A stretch of DNA of 42,963 nucleotides from positions 1 to 42,963 of IMG/VR virus record IMGVR_UViG_2698536570_000009. The stretch is one strand, 5' to 3'. Source of the DNA: a virus (Duplodnaviria; Heunggongvirae; Uroviricota; Caudoviricetes). This document shows positions 1-8,318 of this stretch, in pieces; positions within the stretch are counted from its first letter, which is position 1; every line of letters starts with the position of its first letter. Under the pieces are notes generated by a model, which saw nothing but the letters and a program-made list of their open reading frames with translations, was not told the DNA's origin and ran no database searches. A program made the position numbers and the translations under genes.

Positions 1-1248
1 ATGGCACTGAATATTCCATTCAGAAATGCGTACTATCGTTTTGCATCCAGTTACTCATTTCTCTTTTTTATTTCCTGGTCGCTGTGGTGGTCGTTATACG
101 CTATTTGGCTGAAAGGACATCTAGGGTTGACAGGGACGGAATTAGGTACACTTTATTCGGTCAACCAGTTTACCAGCATTCTATTTATGATGTTCTACGG
201 CATCGTTCAGGATAAACTCGGTCTGAAGAATCCGCTCATCTGGTGTATGAGTTTCATCCTGGTCTTGACCGGACCGTTTATGATTTACGTTTATGAACCG
301 TTACTGCAAAGCAATTTTTCTGTAGGTCTAATTCTGGGGGCGCTCTTTTTTGGCCTGGGGTATCTGGCGGGATGCGGTTTGCTTGACAGTTTCACCGAAA
401 AAATGGCGCGAAATTTTCATTTCGAATATGGAACAGCGCGCGCCTGGGGATCTTTTGGCTATGCTATTGGCGCGTTCTTTGCCGGCATATTTTTTAGTAT
501 CAGTCCCCATATCAACTTCTGGTTGGTCTCGCTATTTGGCGCTGTATTTATGATGATCAATATGTGTTTTAAAGATAAGGATCACCAGTGCGTAGCGGCG
601 GATGCGGGAGGGGTAAAAAAAGAGGATTTTATCGCAGTTTTCAAGGATCGAAACTTCTGGGTTTTCGTCATATTTATTGTGGGGACGTGGTCTTTCTATA
701 ACATTTTTGATCAACAACTTTTTCCTGTCTTTTATGCAGGTTTATTCGAATCACACGATGTAGGAACGCGCCTGTATGGTTATCTCAACTCATTCCAGGT
801 GGTACTCGAAGCGCTATGCATGGCGATTATTCCTTTCTTTGTGAATCGGGTAGGGCCAAAAAATGCATTACTTATCGGTGTTGTGATTATGGCGTTGCGT
901 ATCCTTTCCTGCGCGCTGTTCGTTAACCCCTGGATTATTTCATTAGTGAAGCTGTTACATGCCATTGAGGTTCCACTTTGTGTCATATCCGTCTTCAAAT
1001 ACAGCGTGGCAAATTTTGATAAGCGCCTGTCGTCGACGATCTTTCTGATTGGTTTTCAAATTGCCAGTTCGCTTGGGATTGTGCTGCTTTCAACGCCGAC
1101 TGGGATACTCTTTGACCACGCAGGCTACCAGACAGTTTTCTTCGCAATTTCGGGTATTGTCTGCCTGATGTTGCTATTTGGCATTTTCTTCCTGAGTAAA
1201 AAACGCGAGCAAATAGTTATGGAAACGCCTGTACCTTCAGCAATATAG
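1..1248 (+). CDS. LacY-family (oligosaccharide:H+ symporter) MFS sugar permease, apparently complete (415 aa)
   Basis: Translation is hydrophobic with about 12 TM segments; recalled blocks shared with E. coli LacY (e.g. 'ARNFHFEYGTARAWGSFGYA' vs 'RRSNFEFGRARMFGCVGWA', 'FYNIFDQQ', 'GPKNALLIG', 'HAIEVP'). Substrate not assignable. Confidence 0.85.
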   Translation: MALNIPFRNAYYRFASSYSFLFFISWSLWWSLYAIWLKGHLGLTGTELGTLYSVNQFTSILFMMFYGIVQDKLGLKNPLIWCMSFILVLTGPFMIYVYEPLLQSNFSVGLILGALFFGLGYLAGCGLLDSFTEKMARNFHFEYGTARAWGSFGYAIGAFFAGIFFSISPHINFWLVSLFGAVFMMINMCFKDKDHQCVAADAGGVKKEDFIAVFKDRNFWVFVIFIVGTWSFYNIFDQQLFPVFYAGLFESHDVGTRLYGYLNSFQVVLEALCMAIIPFFVNRVGPKNALLIGVVIMALRILSCALFVNPWIISLVKLLHAIEVPLCVISVFKYSVANFDKRLSSTIFLIGFQIASSLGIVLLSTPTGILFDHAGYQTVFFAISGIVCLMLLFGIFFLSKKREQIVMETPVPSAI

Positions 1249-1776
1249 ACGTAAACTTTTCCGGTTGTTGTCGATATCTCCCTATCCCTCAACCGGAAAA
1301 TAATAATACTAAAGTGCTTAGCCCTGCTAATAATCACCTAATCTAAACGCCTCATTCATGTTCTGGTACAGTCGCTCAAATGTACTTCAGATGCGCGGTT
1401 CGCTGATTTCCAGGACATTGTCGTCATTCAGCGACCTGTCCCGTGTATCACGGTCCTGCGAATTCATCAAGGAATGCATTGCGGAGTGAAGTATCGAGTC
1501 ACGCCATATTTCGCTATCAGGATTCTGTGTGATGGTTACATCGCCCGGCCCAGGGCTGTTTAGTCATCAGCGCTTTCTGACAGTGCTGAGATTTCAACCT
1601 GTTGCAGTAAAAATGAGTAGATATAAGGCAAGTGTGCTGCCAAACCTATCTTTTACGGGGTGAAGGTAGATTTCGTTTGAAGGGTATCTGGTGTCCCCTG
1701 CAGACATCTACTTGAGGCGGCAGGGGATTGATTGGAATGGTGTTTTTTAGATGTGAAAAATATTTTACCCGCTATT

Positions 1777-1977
1777 TTACCCATTGGCGCGGCTTAAGAG
1801 CTTATTTTTGAATTCACAATGGTCACGATATAACCATCTTGCTCGTCCGTGGATAACTTTGGCTTTTGGCAGGTCGCCGGACTTAATCCGGTCGTAGATG
1901 AAGGTTTTACCAAAGCCAGTATCGGCCATGATGAATTTCAAATCAACCAGTGAATCAGGTTGTAGTTCGTGTTGCAT
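1777..1977 (-). CDS. AlpA-family prophage regulator / excisionase-like DNA-binding protein
   Basis: 66-aa ORF; 'FIMADTGFGKTFIYDRIKSGDLPKAKVIHGRARWLYRDHCEF' matches the AlpA/Xis-type HTH pattern recalled from CP4-57-type elements; last gene before the host junction. Confidence 0.7.
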   Translation of the reverse strand: MQHELQPDSLVDLKFIMADTGFGKTFIYDRIKSGDLPKAKVIHGRARWLYRDHCEFKNKLLSRANG

Positions 1978-2081
1978 GAGTGCTATCTCCGAATAGGGAA
2001 TCGAACCTGCAAATCAGGCAAGAAAAAGCCGCATTGATGCGGCGATGGTAGGTCTGGATATCATTGAGCAATGAACAGGCC

Positions 2082-2360
2082 TCATCGAGTGTGAGGCTGT
2101 ATGATTCCATGGTTACCTCTGCTTTTTGAACGCATGTCACGTAACTTCTTAATGTGTTCTGCCGTTTCGATCTCTTCTGCTATCCGATCTGCATCAGCTT
2201 TATTCACAGGTTCAAAGTCATGATTAAAGCGGAACATGCTGGCGATACATGTTCTGCCTTTTCGGATGTAGTGAACTTTGTTGTGGGTAGAACGCAGGAT
2301 TTTGCAGGGAGTGCCGTGGTGGTCGACGTACCAGGTGTTAGGAAAAATGATTCTGAACAT
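2082..2360 (-). CDS. hypothetical phage early protein
   Basis: 92-aa ORF with SD 'AGGTG' about 6 nt upstream of ATG on minus strand; co-oriented with neighbouring early genes; no firm family assignment. Confidence 0.5.
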   Translation of the reverse strand: MFRIIFPNTWYVDHHGTPCKILRSTHNKVHYIRKGRTCIASMFRFNHDFEPVNKADADRIAEEIETAEHIKKLRDMRSKSRGNHGIIQPHTR

Positions 2361-2407
2361 TTTTACACCTCAGTTGGACGATGTTGAAATTTGCTGCTTT
2401 GAGGCCA

Positions 2408-2626
2408 TCACAGTCCCCATTGTTTGTTCTTAAGTTCGATCTCCTCCTGGCAACTTGCACAAGTCCGACAACCCTGAACAGCCAGGCGTCTTCGCTCATC
2501 TATCGGATCGCCACACTCACAACAATGAGTTGCGGATACAGTCTGGTAGTTCAGACGACGTATTTTTATTGCTGTATTGCGCTGTAATTCTTCGATTTCT
2601 GATGCTGAATCAATGATGTCTGCCAT
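2408..2626 (-). CDS. TraR/DksA-family C4 zinc-finger protein
   Basis: 72 aa; paired CxxC motifs 'CCECGDPI ... CRTCASCQ' near the C-terminus, typical of phage/plasmid TraR-like proteins. Confidence 0.75.
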   Translation of the reverse strand: MADIIDSASEIEELQRNTAIKIRRLNYQTVSATHCCECGDPIDERRRLAVQGCRTCASCQEEIELKNKQWGL

Positions 2627-2724
2627 CTTTCATTAATCCCTGAATTGTTGGTTAATACGCTTGAGGGTAAATGCGAATAATAAAAAAGGAGCCTGTAGCT
2701 CCCTGATGATTTTGCTTTTCATGT

Positions 2725-2940
2725 TCATCGTTCCTTAAAGACGCCGTTCAACATGCCGATCGCCAGGCTTAAATGAGTCGGTGTGAATCCCATCAGCGTT
2801 ACCGTTTCGCGGTGCTTCTTTAGTACGCTACGGCAAATGTCATCGACGTTTTTATTCGGAAACTGCTGTCTGGCTTTTTTGATTTCAGAATTAGCCTGAC
2901 GGGCAATGCTGCGAAGGGCGTTTTCTTGCTGAGGTGTCAT
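2725..2940 (-). CDS. hypothetical phage protein (71 aa, start MTPQQEN)
   Basis: ATG at 2938-2940 overlaps the TGA of the upstream small ORF (ATGA coupling); the ORF-track 93-aa version (start 3006) is an N-terminal extension lacking an SD. Confidence 0.5.
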   Translation of the reverse strand: MTPQQENALRSIARQANSEIKKARQQFPNKNVDDICRSVLKKHRETVTLMGFTPTHLSLAIGMLNGVFKER

Positions 2941-3020
2941 TGAACAAGCCCCATGTCGGCAAGCATAAGCACACAGAATATGAAGCCCGCTGCCAGAAAA
3001 ATGCATTCAGTGGCTGTCAT
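2937..3020 (-). CDS. small hydrophobic peptide (27 aa, MTATECIFLAAGFIFCVLMLADMGLVQ), single predicted TM helix
   Basis: Below the ORF-track cutoff; found by hand translation. Start ATG overlaps the stop of the upstream gene and its stop overlaps the start of the downstream gene (ATGA at both ends). Confidence 0.35.
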   Translation of the reverse strand: MTATECIFLAAGFIFCVLMLADMGLVQ

Positions 3021-3208
3021 ACCTGGTCTCTCTCATCTGCTTCTGCTTTCGCCACCATCATTTCCAGCTTTTGTGAAAGGGATGTGGCTAACGTATGAAA
3101 TTCTTCGTCTGTTTCTACTGGTATTGGCACAAACCTGACTCCAATTTGAGCAAGGCTATGTGCCATCTCAATACTCGTTCTTAACTCAACAGGAGATGCT
3201 TTGTGCAT
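3017..3208 (-). CDS. hypothetical phage protein (63 aa)
   Basis: Strong SD 'GGGAGG' 4 nt upstream of the ATG at 3208 (minus strand); acidic C-terminus. Confidence 0.5.
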   Translation of the reverse strand: MHKASPVELRTSIEMAHSLAQIGVRFVPIPVETDEEFHTLATSLSQKLEMMVAKAEADERDQV

Positions 3209-3369
3209 ACCGCCTCCCGTTTATTATTTATCTTCTCAGCCAGCCGCTGTGCTTTCAGTGGATTTCTGATAACAGAAAGGCCGGGAAATACCCAGCCTCG
3301 CTTTGTAACGGAGTAGACGAAAGTGATCGTGCCTACCCGGATATTATCGTGAGGATGCTTCATCGCCAT
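3181..3369 (-). CDS. hypothetical small protein (62 aa), uncertain
   Basis: ORF immediately downstream of exo on the same strand; overlaps the 3017..3208 ORF by 28 nt and the exo stop by 10 nt; no recognisable motif. Confidence 0.3.
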   Translation of the reverse strand: MAMKHPHDNIRVGTITFVYSVTKRGWVFPGLSVIRNPLKAQRLAEKINNKREAVCTKHLLLS

Positions 3370-4046
3370 TGCTCCCCAAATGCAAAACCAATTTCAGCCA
3401 GTGCCTCGTCCATTTTTTCGATGAACTCCGGCACCATCTCGTCAAAACTCGCCATGTACTTTTCATCCCGCTCAACCACGACATAATGCAGGCCTTCACG
3501 CTTCATACGCGGGTCATAGTTGGCAAAGAACCAGGCGTCTTTTCCGGTTACCCACATGCTGTACTGCACCTGGGCCATGTACTCGGACTTAATGGCTTCG
3601 AAACCGCCGAGGCGGAATTTCATAAAGTCGCGGGAGGTGAACGGGCATTTCAATTCGAGGCCGAAATCGTTACTGCAAAGGCCGTCAGGGGAGCATGCAG
3701 TGCGCATGCTCTCGTCACGGAACAGGATCGGAGACTCCGTGACTTTCACGTCAGTAGTGAACTCGAAGAGGGTGCGGGCGTCTTCCTCGTACTGCTTGCC
3801 CCAGGCCAGAGCCTTGGCGTTAACCTCTGGCGCGACGCCGGTGCATACCTCGGCGAGTAGGGTGTGGAAGTAGGACATCTTCATGCCCGTCCATTTGGTG
3901 CCGGAGCGCGGCTTGGAAATGACGTTGTGAGCGTCAGAGGCAGTAATAACTCCGAGTCTCGCCCTTGCCCATGTCTCGCTGCCTTGCTCAATTTGTGCAA
4001 TTGGCCCAAATATTTGCTCAAATTTAATGAGCCACCTGTTATCCAT
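3360..4046 (-). CDS. exo: lambda-type exonuclease (Red-alpha / YqaJ-like)
   Basis: Near-identical blocks to recalled lambda Exo ('LRLGVITAS', '[32 protein letters not shown]', 'CSPDGLC', '[25 protein letters not shown]', C-terminal 'EIGF.FGEQWR'). Start taken at internal ATG 4044-4046 with SD 'AGGAGAGGA'; ORF-track start 4109 would overlap the upstream gene. Confidence 0.9.
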   Translation of the reverse strand: MDNRWLIKFEQIFGPIAQIEQGSETWARARLGVITASDAHNVISKPRSGTKWTGMKMSYFHTLLAEVCTGVAPEVNAKALAWGKQYEEDARTLFEFTTDVKVTESPILFRDESMRTACSPDGLCSNDFGLELKCPFTSRDFMKFRLGGFEAIKSEYMAQVQYSMWVTGKDAWFFANYDPRMKREGLHYVVVERDEKYMASFDEMVPEFIEKMDEALAEIGFAFGEQWR

Positions 4047-4659
4047 ATTTCCTCTCCTTTCGGCAGTTGGCTCTTGGCGGGATGCTAATCCCTCTATTGT
4101 TGTAGCCATGACACCATTTGTGGATGGTTGCTGATTTCACGCCAAAATGATTCGCCGCGGCTCCGGCGCTTTCAAAACGCAACCCATCAACAAACCAGTA
4201 AAACGATGTACTTCTGTTTTCCGCCTGCTTGGTAACCGTTGCCCATCTGCAATTGTCTTTTGAATACGGGCCTTCATTGTTCTTCCGATCTAGCTGATGC
4301 TTAGGCGTAGGAGGTGGCCCCATATCTTCAAGAAATAGCTCGAACGTCAGCCATCTTTCGCAGATACCGCGCTTACTGTATTTTTCGAAGTCTTTGTTGT
4401 TCGGGTTCGTGCAGCGGTTTTTCATTCCGCTCCAAATCCTGTAAACGCGGGTATTTCGCTGGCCGTGAGTGGCGTTTTTTCCTGCCATGCATCCGCAGCT
4501 GCTTATTGAACTGTTTTTAAGCTGATTTGCGGCTCTATAGCAGGAATTACCGCACACACAAAGGCATAGATACATCCTTCTACCTCTCAGCATGTGCGAG
4601 CATTCTTTGACGGTTAAGTGCCCATATTTTTCACCGGGCATAAGTGGATTGGCGTTCAT
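4039..4659 (-). CDS. HNH-like (homing-endonuclease-type) protein inserted between the recombinase and exo
   Basis: 206 aa; Cys/His-rich; block '[42 protein letters not shown]' resembles a block I recall from phage free-standing HNH endonucleases (family not verified). Start overlaps the recombinase stop (ATGA); ends 2 nt before exo start. Confidence 0.55.
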   Translation of the reverse strand: MNANPLMPGEKYGHLTVKECSHMLRGRRMYLCLCVCGNSCYRAANQLKNSSISSCGCMAGKNATHGQRNTRVYRIWSGMKNRCTNPNNKDFEKYSKRGICERWLTFELFLEDMGPPPTPKHQLDRKNNEGPYSKDNCRWATVTKQAENRSTSFYWFVDGLRFESAGAAANHFGVKSATIHKWCHGYNNRGISIPPRANCRKERKYG

Positions 4660-5573
4660 GCTGCCGCCTTTTGCCTGAGGAACCCGAGAGCCTTAACACC
4701 TTCCATTTCTGTCAGGTCGGCTGGCTGCGAGATAGGGCGTTTGAAAATGCGTGAACAGAGAGGGAGAAGATCGGCATCCCATGTCTTATCCAAAGAGACA
4801 AGGAGGTCGTTTATCTCTTTCTGCGTGGCTTCGCTAAGCGGCGTTATATCGCGCTCAGGCTGACGCTCTGCTGTAAAGTTGATACCTTCTTCGCCCTCGG
4901 TGTTAACGTGGTCTATGGCGGCGTCCAGGCGCTCACGGCGAGGCCAGTATTTTGCTGCCTGCTTCACGACCGTCTTGAGGATCATCTGCTCTTCATCGGT
5001 GACCCATGGACACTTCTTGCTATTGTCGGATTTGTACTTCTTCCACGCTTCTGAGCGGTCACGGATGGAGTAGATGGCATCGATGCGCATCGTATGGGTG
5101 AGGTAATCACCATCGTCAGTTTTTACCGTTACATACGCGCCTACGATGTCCCCGCGCTGCTCTTCAGTATCGAAGTCGTTGTAGATGTGGATTGGCGGCT
5201 TATCGAGCCCCTCGCGGCGGAACTGGTCGTTTCTTCGAACAATAGCCGACTGGCACCACTTAATGGCGCCAGACTGCTGCGCGATGTGCATCAGGCCCAT
5301 GTAACTGATGTCTAGGCAAATAGCCCCTTTACGCGGAACCAGGTAAGCCAGCTTCTGAGCTGGGTTTAGCGAAATACCGATAGCCGCAACGTTGATGATT
5401 GCGTTCTGTGTGCTGGTCTGGTTCTGGAAAGCGACTTTCGCGAGGTAGTCGTTGTTCTGAAATAGTTGGATGGCAAACTGGCTTTCCTTCGCCCACACCA
5501 TCCGCTCGTCTGTGGCCGCCTTCATGAAAAGCGGCTCCTGTTGTTTGACGAAATCAACAAGGGTTAAGCTCAT
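4656..5573 (-). CDS. single-strand annealing recombinase, RecT-like core with lambda Bet-like C-terminal tail
   Basis: N-terminal 230 aa show RecT-like blocks ('[10 protein letters not shown]', '[16 protein letters not shown]', '[24 protein letters not shown]'); C-terminal about 70 aa ('[12 protein letters not shown]...LDKTWD.DLLPLCS.IF...VKALGFL.QKAA') closely match the recalled C-terminus of lambda Bet. SD 'GGAGGGG' upstream. Confidence 0.85.
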   Translation of the reverse strand: MSLTLVDFVKQQEPLFMKAATDERMVWAKESQFAIQLFQNNDYLAKVAFQNQTSTQNAIINVAAIGISLNPAQKLAYLVPRKGAICLDISYMGLMHIAQQSGAIKWCQSAIVRRNDQFRREGLDKPPIHIYNDFDTEEQRGDIVGAYVTVKTDDGDYLTHTMRIDAIYSIRDRSEAWKKYKSDNSKKCPWVTDEEQMILKTVVKQAAKYWPRRERLDAAIDHVNTEGEEGINFTAERQPERDITPLSEATQKEINDLLVSLDKTWDADLLPLCSRIFKRPISQPADLTEMEGVKALGFLRQKAAA

Positions 5574-5582
5574 AGCCCCTCC

Positions 5583-5864
5583 TTAAAATGGGCAGGTTGG
5601 ATGAAGGCGATCCCACTCTTCTTCGGCGCGGTCGTAACAGATGCGTGTGACATAGTCGTTATAGGCTTCCTCTGCCTTTTCACCGACTAGTGCCATTTGC
5701 GCTTCTTTTGGGAGAAACAGGCTACTCATTTGCAGAGCATATTTCGGGAACATGGCGATCAGTTCTTTCGCCCGGTCGTCGATCCACTTCTCTTTCTCGT
5801 CGGTGAGTTGCTGCTCAACCCACCGCCGATCTTCGATGCGGTCGTAAGTGAGGTATGCGTTCAT
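5583..5864 (-). CDS. hypothetical phage early protein (93 aa)
   Basis: ORF co-oriented in the leftward early operon; acidic; no family recognised. Confidence 0.5.
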   Translation of the reverse strand: MNAYLTYDRIEDRRWVEQQLTDEKEKWIDDRAKELIAMFPKYALQMSSLFLPKEAQMALVGEKAEEAYNDYVTRICYDRAEEEWDRLHPTCPF

Positions 5865-5871
5865 GGTTGCC

Positions 5872-6843
5872 TCAGTAATGAATTTTCGCGCAGGGGATCA
5901 GGTCATCTTTCAGAGCGGTAAGCACTTCGATAGCCTGCTCTCGGGTTAAGCTGGTTTGGCTGGTGAGCGCGTTAACGATGTTGGTGCCGACCGTCTTGCG
6001 GTGCTTAACGTCAGCTTCACGCTTTGCCTGCTCATCGGCGAGGCGCTTCTCTTCGGCCAGGCGGGCATCTTCGGCCTGTTTGGCCTTCAGGCGCTCGGCT
6101 TCAACCGCCGCGGCTTTTTCGCGTTCCGCCCGGGCTTCCGCTTCCTGCTTCTCGCGAGCTGCACGCTGTTCCGCTTCGACGCGCTGGCGCTCCGCCAGTT
6201 CAGCGCGGGCTTTCTCTTCGGCTTCACGGCGCGCTGCGGCTTCAATCTCCGCTTTGTGCTTCGCTTCGGCATCGCAGCGGGCTTGTTCTGCCGCTTCCTG
6301 TTTCAGCCGCTCATCACGTTCACGCTGAGCCTGTTCCGCCAGACGGCGCTGCTCTTCGCGGTCACGGTCAAAATCCTTGTTCATCAGTAGAGCCATTTCG
6401 TGGTCCGCTTCGAACTTGGCAGCCAGCTCCTGATCGAACCTGATGTTCATCTCCAGCGCTTCGGCGTGCATCGCGTTCATGGCTTCTTCAGCCTTAATGC
6501 GTTCCTGCTCGGCTTCCCATTCGGTGAGTGGGCGGCGGGTCGCATCGCGCAGCTCGTCGCAGGCATCAACGAATCGCTTAATTTCGGCCTCGGCAGGGCG
6601 TACAGCCTCTTTCAGGCGCTTCAGGTACTCACGGCCCGGCTTTTCGATTGCCGTCTTGCTGCGGGACACCTGCGCTGCCAGAGAGGCAACACGGTCACGG
6701 CCTTTCTTCGTGGACAGGTCCGGCACTTCGTTTACAGCCTGGCGGATTTGCTCAAGGTACGCGTCAAGGCCGCCCGCTACGTAAAGCACTGGGGCCTGTT
6801 CCGGCTTGATTTCGATGACAGTTAAGTCCGTTACTTCGCTCAT
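5872..6843 (-). CDS. coiled-coil protein with long A/E/R/K-rich repetitive central region
   Basis: 323 aa; strong SD 'AGGAGA' before ATG; central about 150 aa of EAERAA/KQEAE-type repeats; the GC-rich repeat generates spurious antisense ORFs 5956..6443. Confidence 0.6.
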   Translation of the reverse strand: MSEVTDLTVIEIKPEQAPVLYVAGGLDAYLEQIRQAVNEVPDLSTKKGRDRVASLAAQVSRSKTAIEKPGREYLKRLKEAVRPAEAEIKRFVDACDELRDATRRPLTEWEAEQERIKAEEAMNAMHAEALEMNIRFDQELAAKFEADHEMALLMNKDFDRDREEQRRLAEQAQRERDERLKQEAAEQARCDAEAKHKAEIEAAARREAEEKARAELAERQRVEAEQRAAREKQEAEARAEREKAAAVEAERLKAKQAEDARLAEEKRLADEQAKREADVKHRKTVGTNIVNALTSQTSLTREQAIEVLTALKDDLIPCAKIHY

Positions 6844-6913
6844 GGTTTCTCCTGAAATTTGGATGTGCAGATCCCGCCCGCGTAATGCCAGGCCGATCGG
6901 TTGAATAGGGTGG

Positions 6914-7111
6914 TTACTGCTGCGCGATGGATTTCGCCGGGAACTCGCCGTTGCGGATGATGCTTTCTACCGGCCAGCACTCAGCTGACACTTTCTGCTC
7001 TGTAGCTGCCAGGCTGCATTCCTGCTGGCTGTCGTAAACGCCGAGAATGACATCCTGATAATCACCGTTGGTCATTGCCACGGTCAGGACGAGTGCGAAT
7101 AAAGTTTCCAT
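6914..7111 (-). CDS. small protein with signal-peptide-like N-terminus (65 aa from METLFALVLTVAMTNG)
   Basis: Start placed at the first ATG (7109-7111); the ORF-track start at 7165 is a GTG. Hydrophobic N-terminus and two Cys. Confidence 0.45.
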   Translation of the reverse strand: METLFALVLTVAMTNGDYQDVILGVYDSQQECSLAATEQKVSAECWPVESIIRNGEFPAKSIAQQ

Positions 7112-7401
7112 CAGTGAAGAGTCCTCCCGATGGCGACGGCGTAAAGGCGTTTTGCTTCTTCCCACGCCGGAGCATTGCGATGGAGCACCGCGAACGACGC
7201 GAGCCGTTGGGCCTCTCTGATCTGCTGCTGGTTTACCATGATTTCCTCTTGGCCTTATCGCGGCGAACGGAACGGTTAATACAAGACTTCAACGCATTTA
7301 TTCAGTGTTTCAATGGGCGGTGGATGGCCGCCGGTTGTCATAACTAAGCAACCTCTTTGAAGTTGCTGAGGTATGGCCGATAAAAAACCCGCCGGAGCGG
7401 G

Positions 7402-7851
7402 TTACTTAATTAGTGAAGCTGCGTATTCGAGGAGATACAGTTTTGGGGCCAGCCAGATTTTTAGCCACGTCAGGTCAGATAAAACGACGAAGGCGATGAC
7501 CGAATACAGGAACATAATGGTGCCAAAAAACACTGAGGAAGCACTGATAGTGCCGTCTTTGTCCCAGACCAATGTAGGTCTATATTTTGGCTTTCCGCGT
7601 TCCCATGAATATCCCTCGTCGCCATAAACTCCGTCCTGCTCGCGCTTCATCATTACCCTGAAGAATTTAATCGCAACCGGGATAGTCGCCAGAATAACCA
7701 GCGTGAGCATCATGCTTTTGGTAAATTTCCATACCAGCAACTGATGCACAACTTCCGGAATCTGCGCCTGGCTAAATGACACCGCAGCATCGATGCCATT
7801 CGCCGCTTTCTGTAACAGCTCAACGAGAATTTTGTTCGCTTGGTCGTTCAT
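7402..7851 (-). CDS. inner-membrane protein with two TM helices; possible superinfection-exclusion-type protein
   Basis: 149 aa; SD 'GAGGG' 6 nt upstream; two hydrophobic segments ('MMLTLVILATIPVAIKFF', 'VFFGTIMFLYSVIAFVVL'); position left of the immunity region is where lambda carries sieB. Function is inferred from position only. Confidence 0.55.
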   Translation of the reverse strand: MNDQANKILVELLQKAANGIDAAVSFSQAQIPEVVHQLLVWKFTKSMMLTLVILATIPVAIKFFRVMMKREQDGVYGDEGYSWERGKPKYRPTLVWDKDGTISASSVFFGTIMFLYSVIAFVVLSDLTWLKIWLAPKLYLLEYAASLIK

Positions 7852-7871
7852 GATTACCCTCTGTAATTACC

Positions 7872-7899
7872 CGCAAAAAAGGCCGCCATCAGGCAGCCT
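7872..7899 (-). terminator. rho-independent terminator on minus strand (tL1-like position)
   Basis: On the minus strand a near-perfect 7-bp stem (GGCTGCC / GGCGGCC, one mismatch) is followed by T6; lies between the N-position ORF and the membrane-protein gene. Confidence 0.5.
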
Positions 7900-7976
7900 C
7901 AGCTTGAATTAGTGCCGGGATTTTTAGCCACGCCCGGCGCGTGGTTTCCCGCTATTCCCCAACAGCAAGAAATCGC

Positions 7977-8318
7977 TTACTCTTTAATCTCCCCAACAGT
8001 AGAAAGGATATATTCATGCAAACCATGCGGACCGTGTGCCCTGACTGTGGAAGTGAGATGTTCAACCAGCCCGATGATTTTGACTTTGAGACAAATTTCA
8101 CCGGCGTCAGTTGTGCTGACTGTGGTCGCGAAATCACTAAGGACGATGTTGTCAATCAGGCCACGGACACGGTCAAAAAACAGCTCGACGACATGCTCAG
8201 GAATTCCCTCAAAGGAACTGGCTGGAAGTTCGACTAATTTCAAAAGCTCCCCGAACTGAGTAAGTACCTCGCTGGCGTCTACGTTAAGCAGTAGTGGCGC
8301 CGTTTTTTTATCTGCCAT
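7977..8318 (-). CDS. hypothetical acidic protein (113 aa) at the N-gene position of the pL operon; mutually exclusive with 8016..8237
   Basis: Strong SD 'GAGGAG' 5 nt before ATG (8316-8318); followed by the minus-strand terminator at 7872..7899. No Arg-rich motif, so not a classical N. Confidence 0.35.
   Translation of the reverse strand: MADKKTAPLLLNVDASEVLTQFGELLKLVELPASSFEGIPEHVVELFFDRVRGLIDNIVLSDFATTVSTTDAGEICLKVKIIGLVEHLTSTVRAHGPHGLHEYILSTVGEIKE
8016..8237 (+). CDS. small zinc-ribbon protein (73 aa, CPDCG...CADCG); mutually exclusive with 7977..8318
   Basis: Two CxDCG motifs 26 residues apart; SD 'AAGGA' about 8 nt upstream of ATG; codon usage looks typical. Fully antisense to the minus-strand ORF. 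Confidence 0.45.
   Translation: MQTMRTVCPDCGSEMFNQPDDFDFETNFTGVSCADCGREITKDDVVNQATDTVKKQLDDMLRNSLKGTGWKFD

Noticed and set aside
1125-1337. 70-aa minus-strand ORF overlapping the permease 3' end
   Set aside because: Antisense to the well-supported permease gene and extending into the intergenic inverted repeat; no start signals.
3160-3486. 108-aa plus-strand ORF
   Set aside because: Antisense to the 3' end of exo and the small minus-strand genes; no SD.
5956-6443. Plus-strand ORFs (144, 121, 139 aa; Arg/Ser/Ala-rich)
   Set aside because: Antisense to the GC-rich charged-repeat region of the 5872..6843 gene; low-complexity translation typical of repeat artefacts; no start signals.
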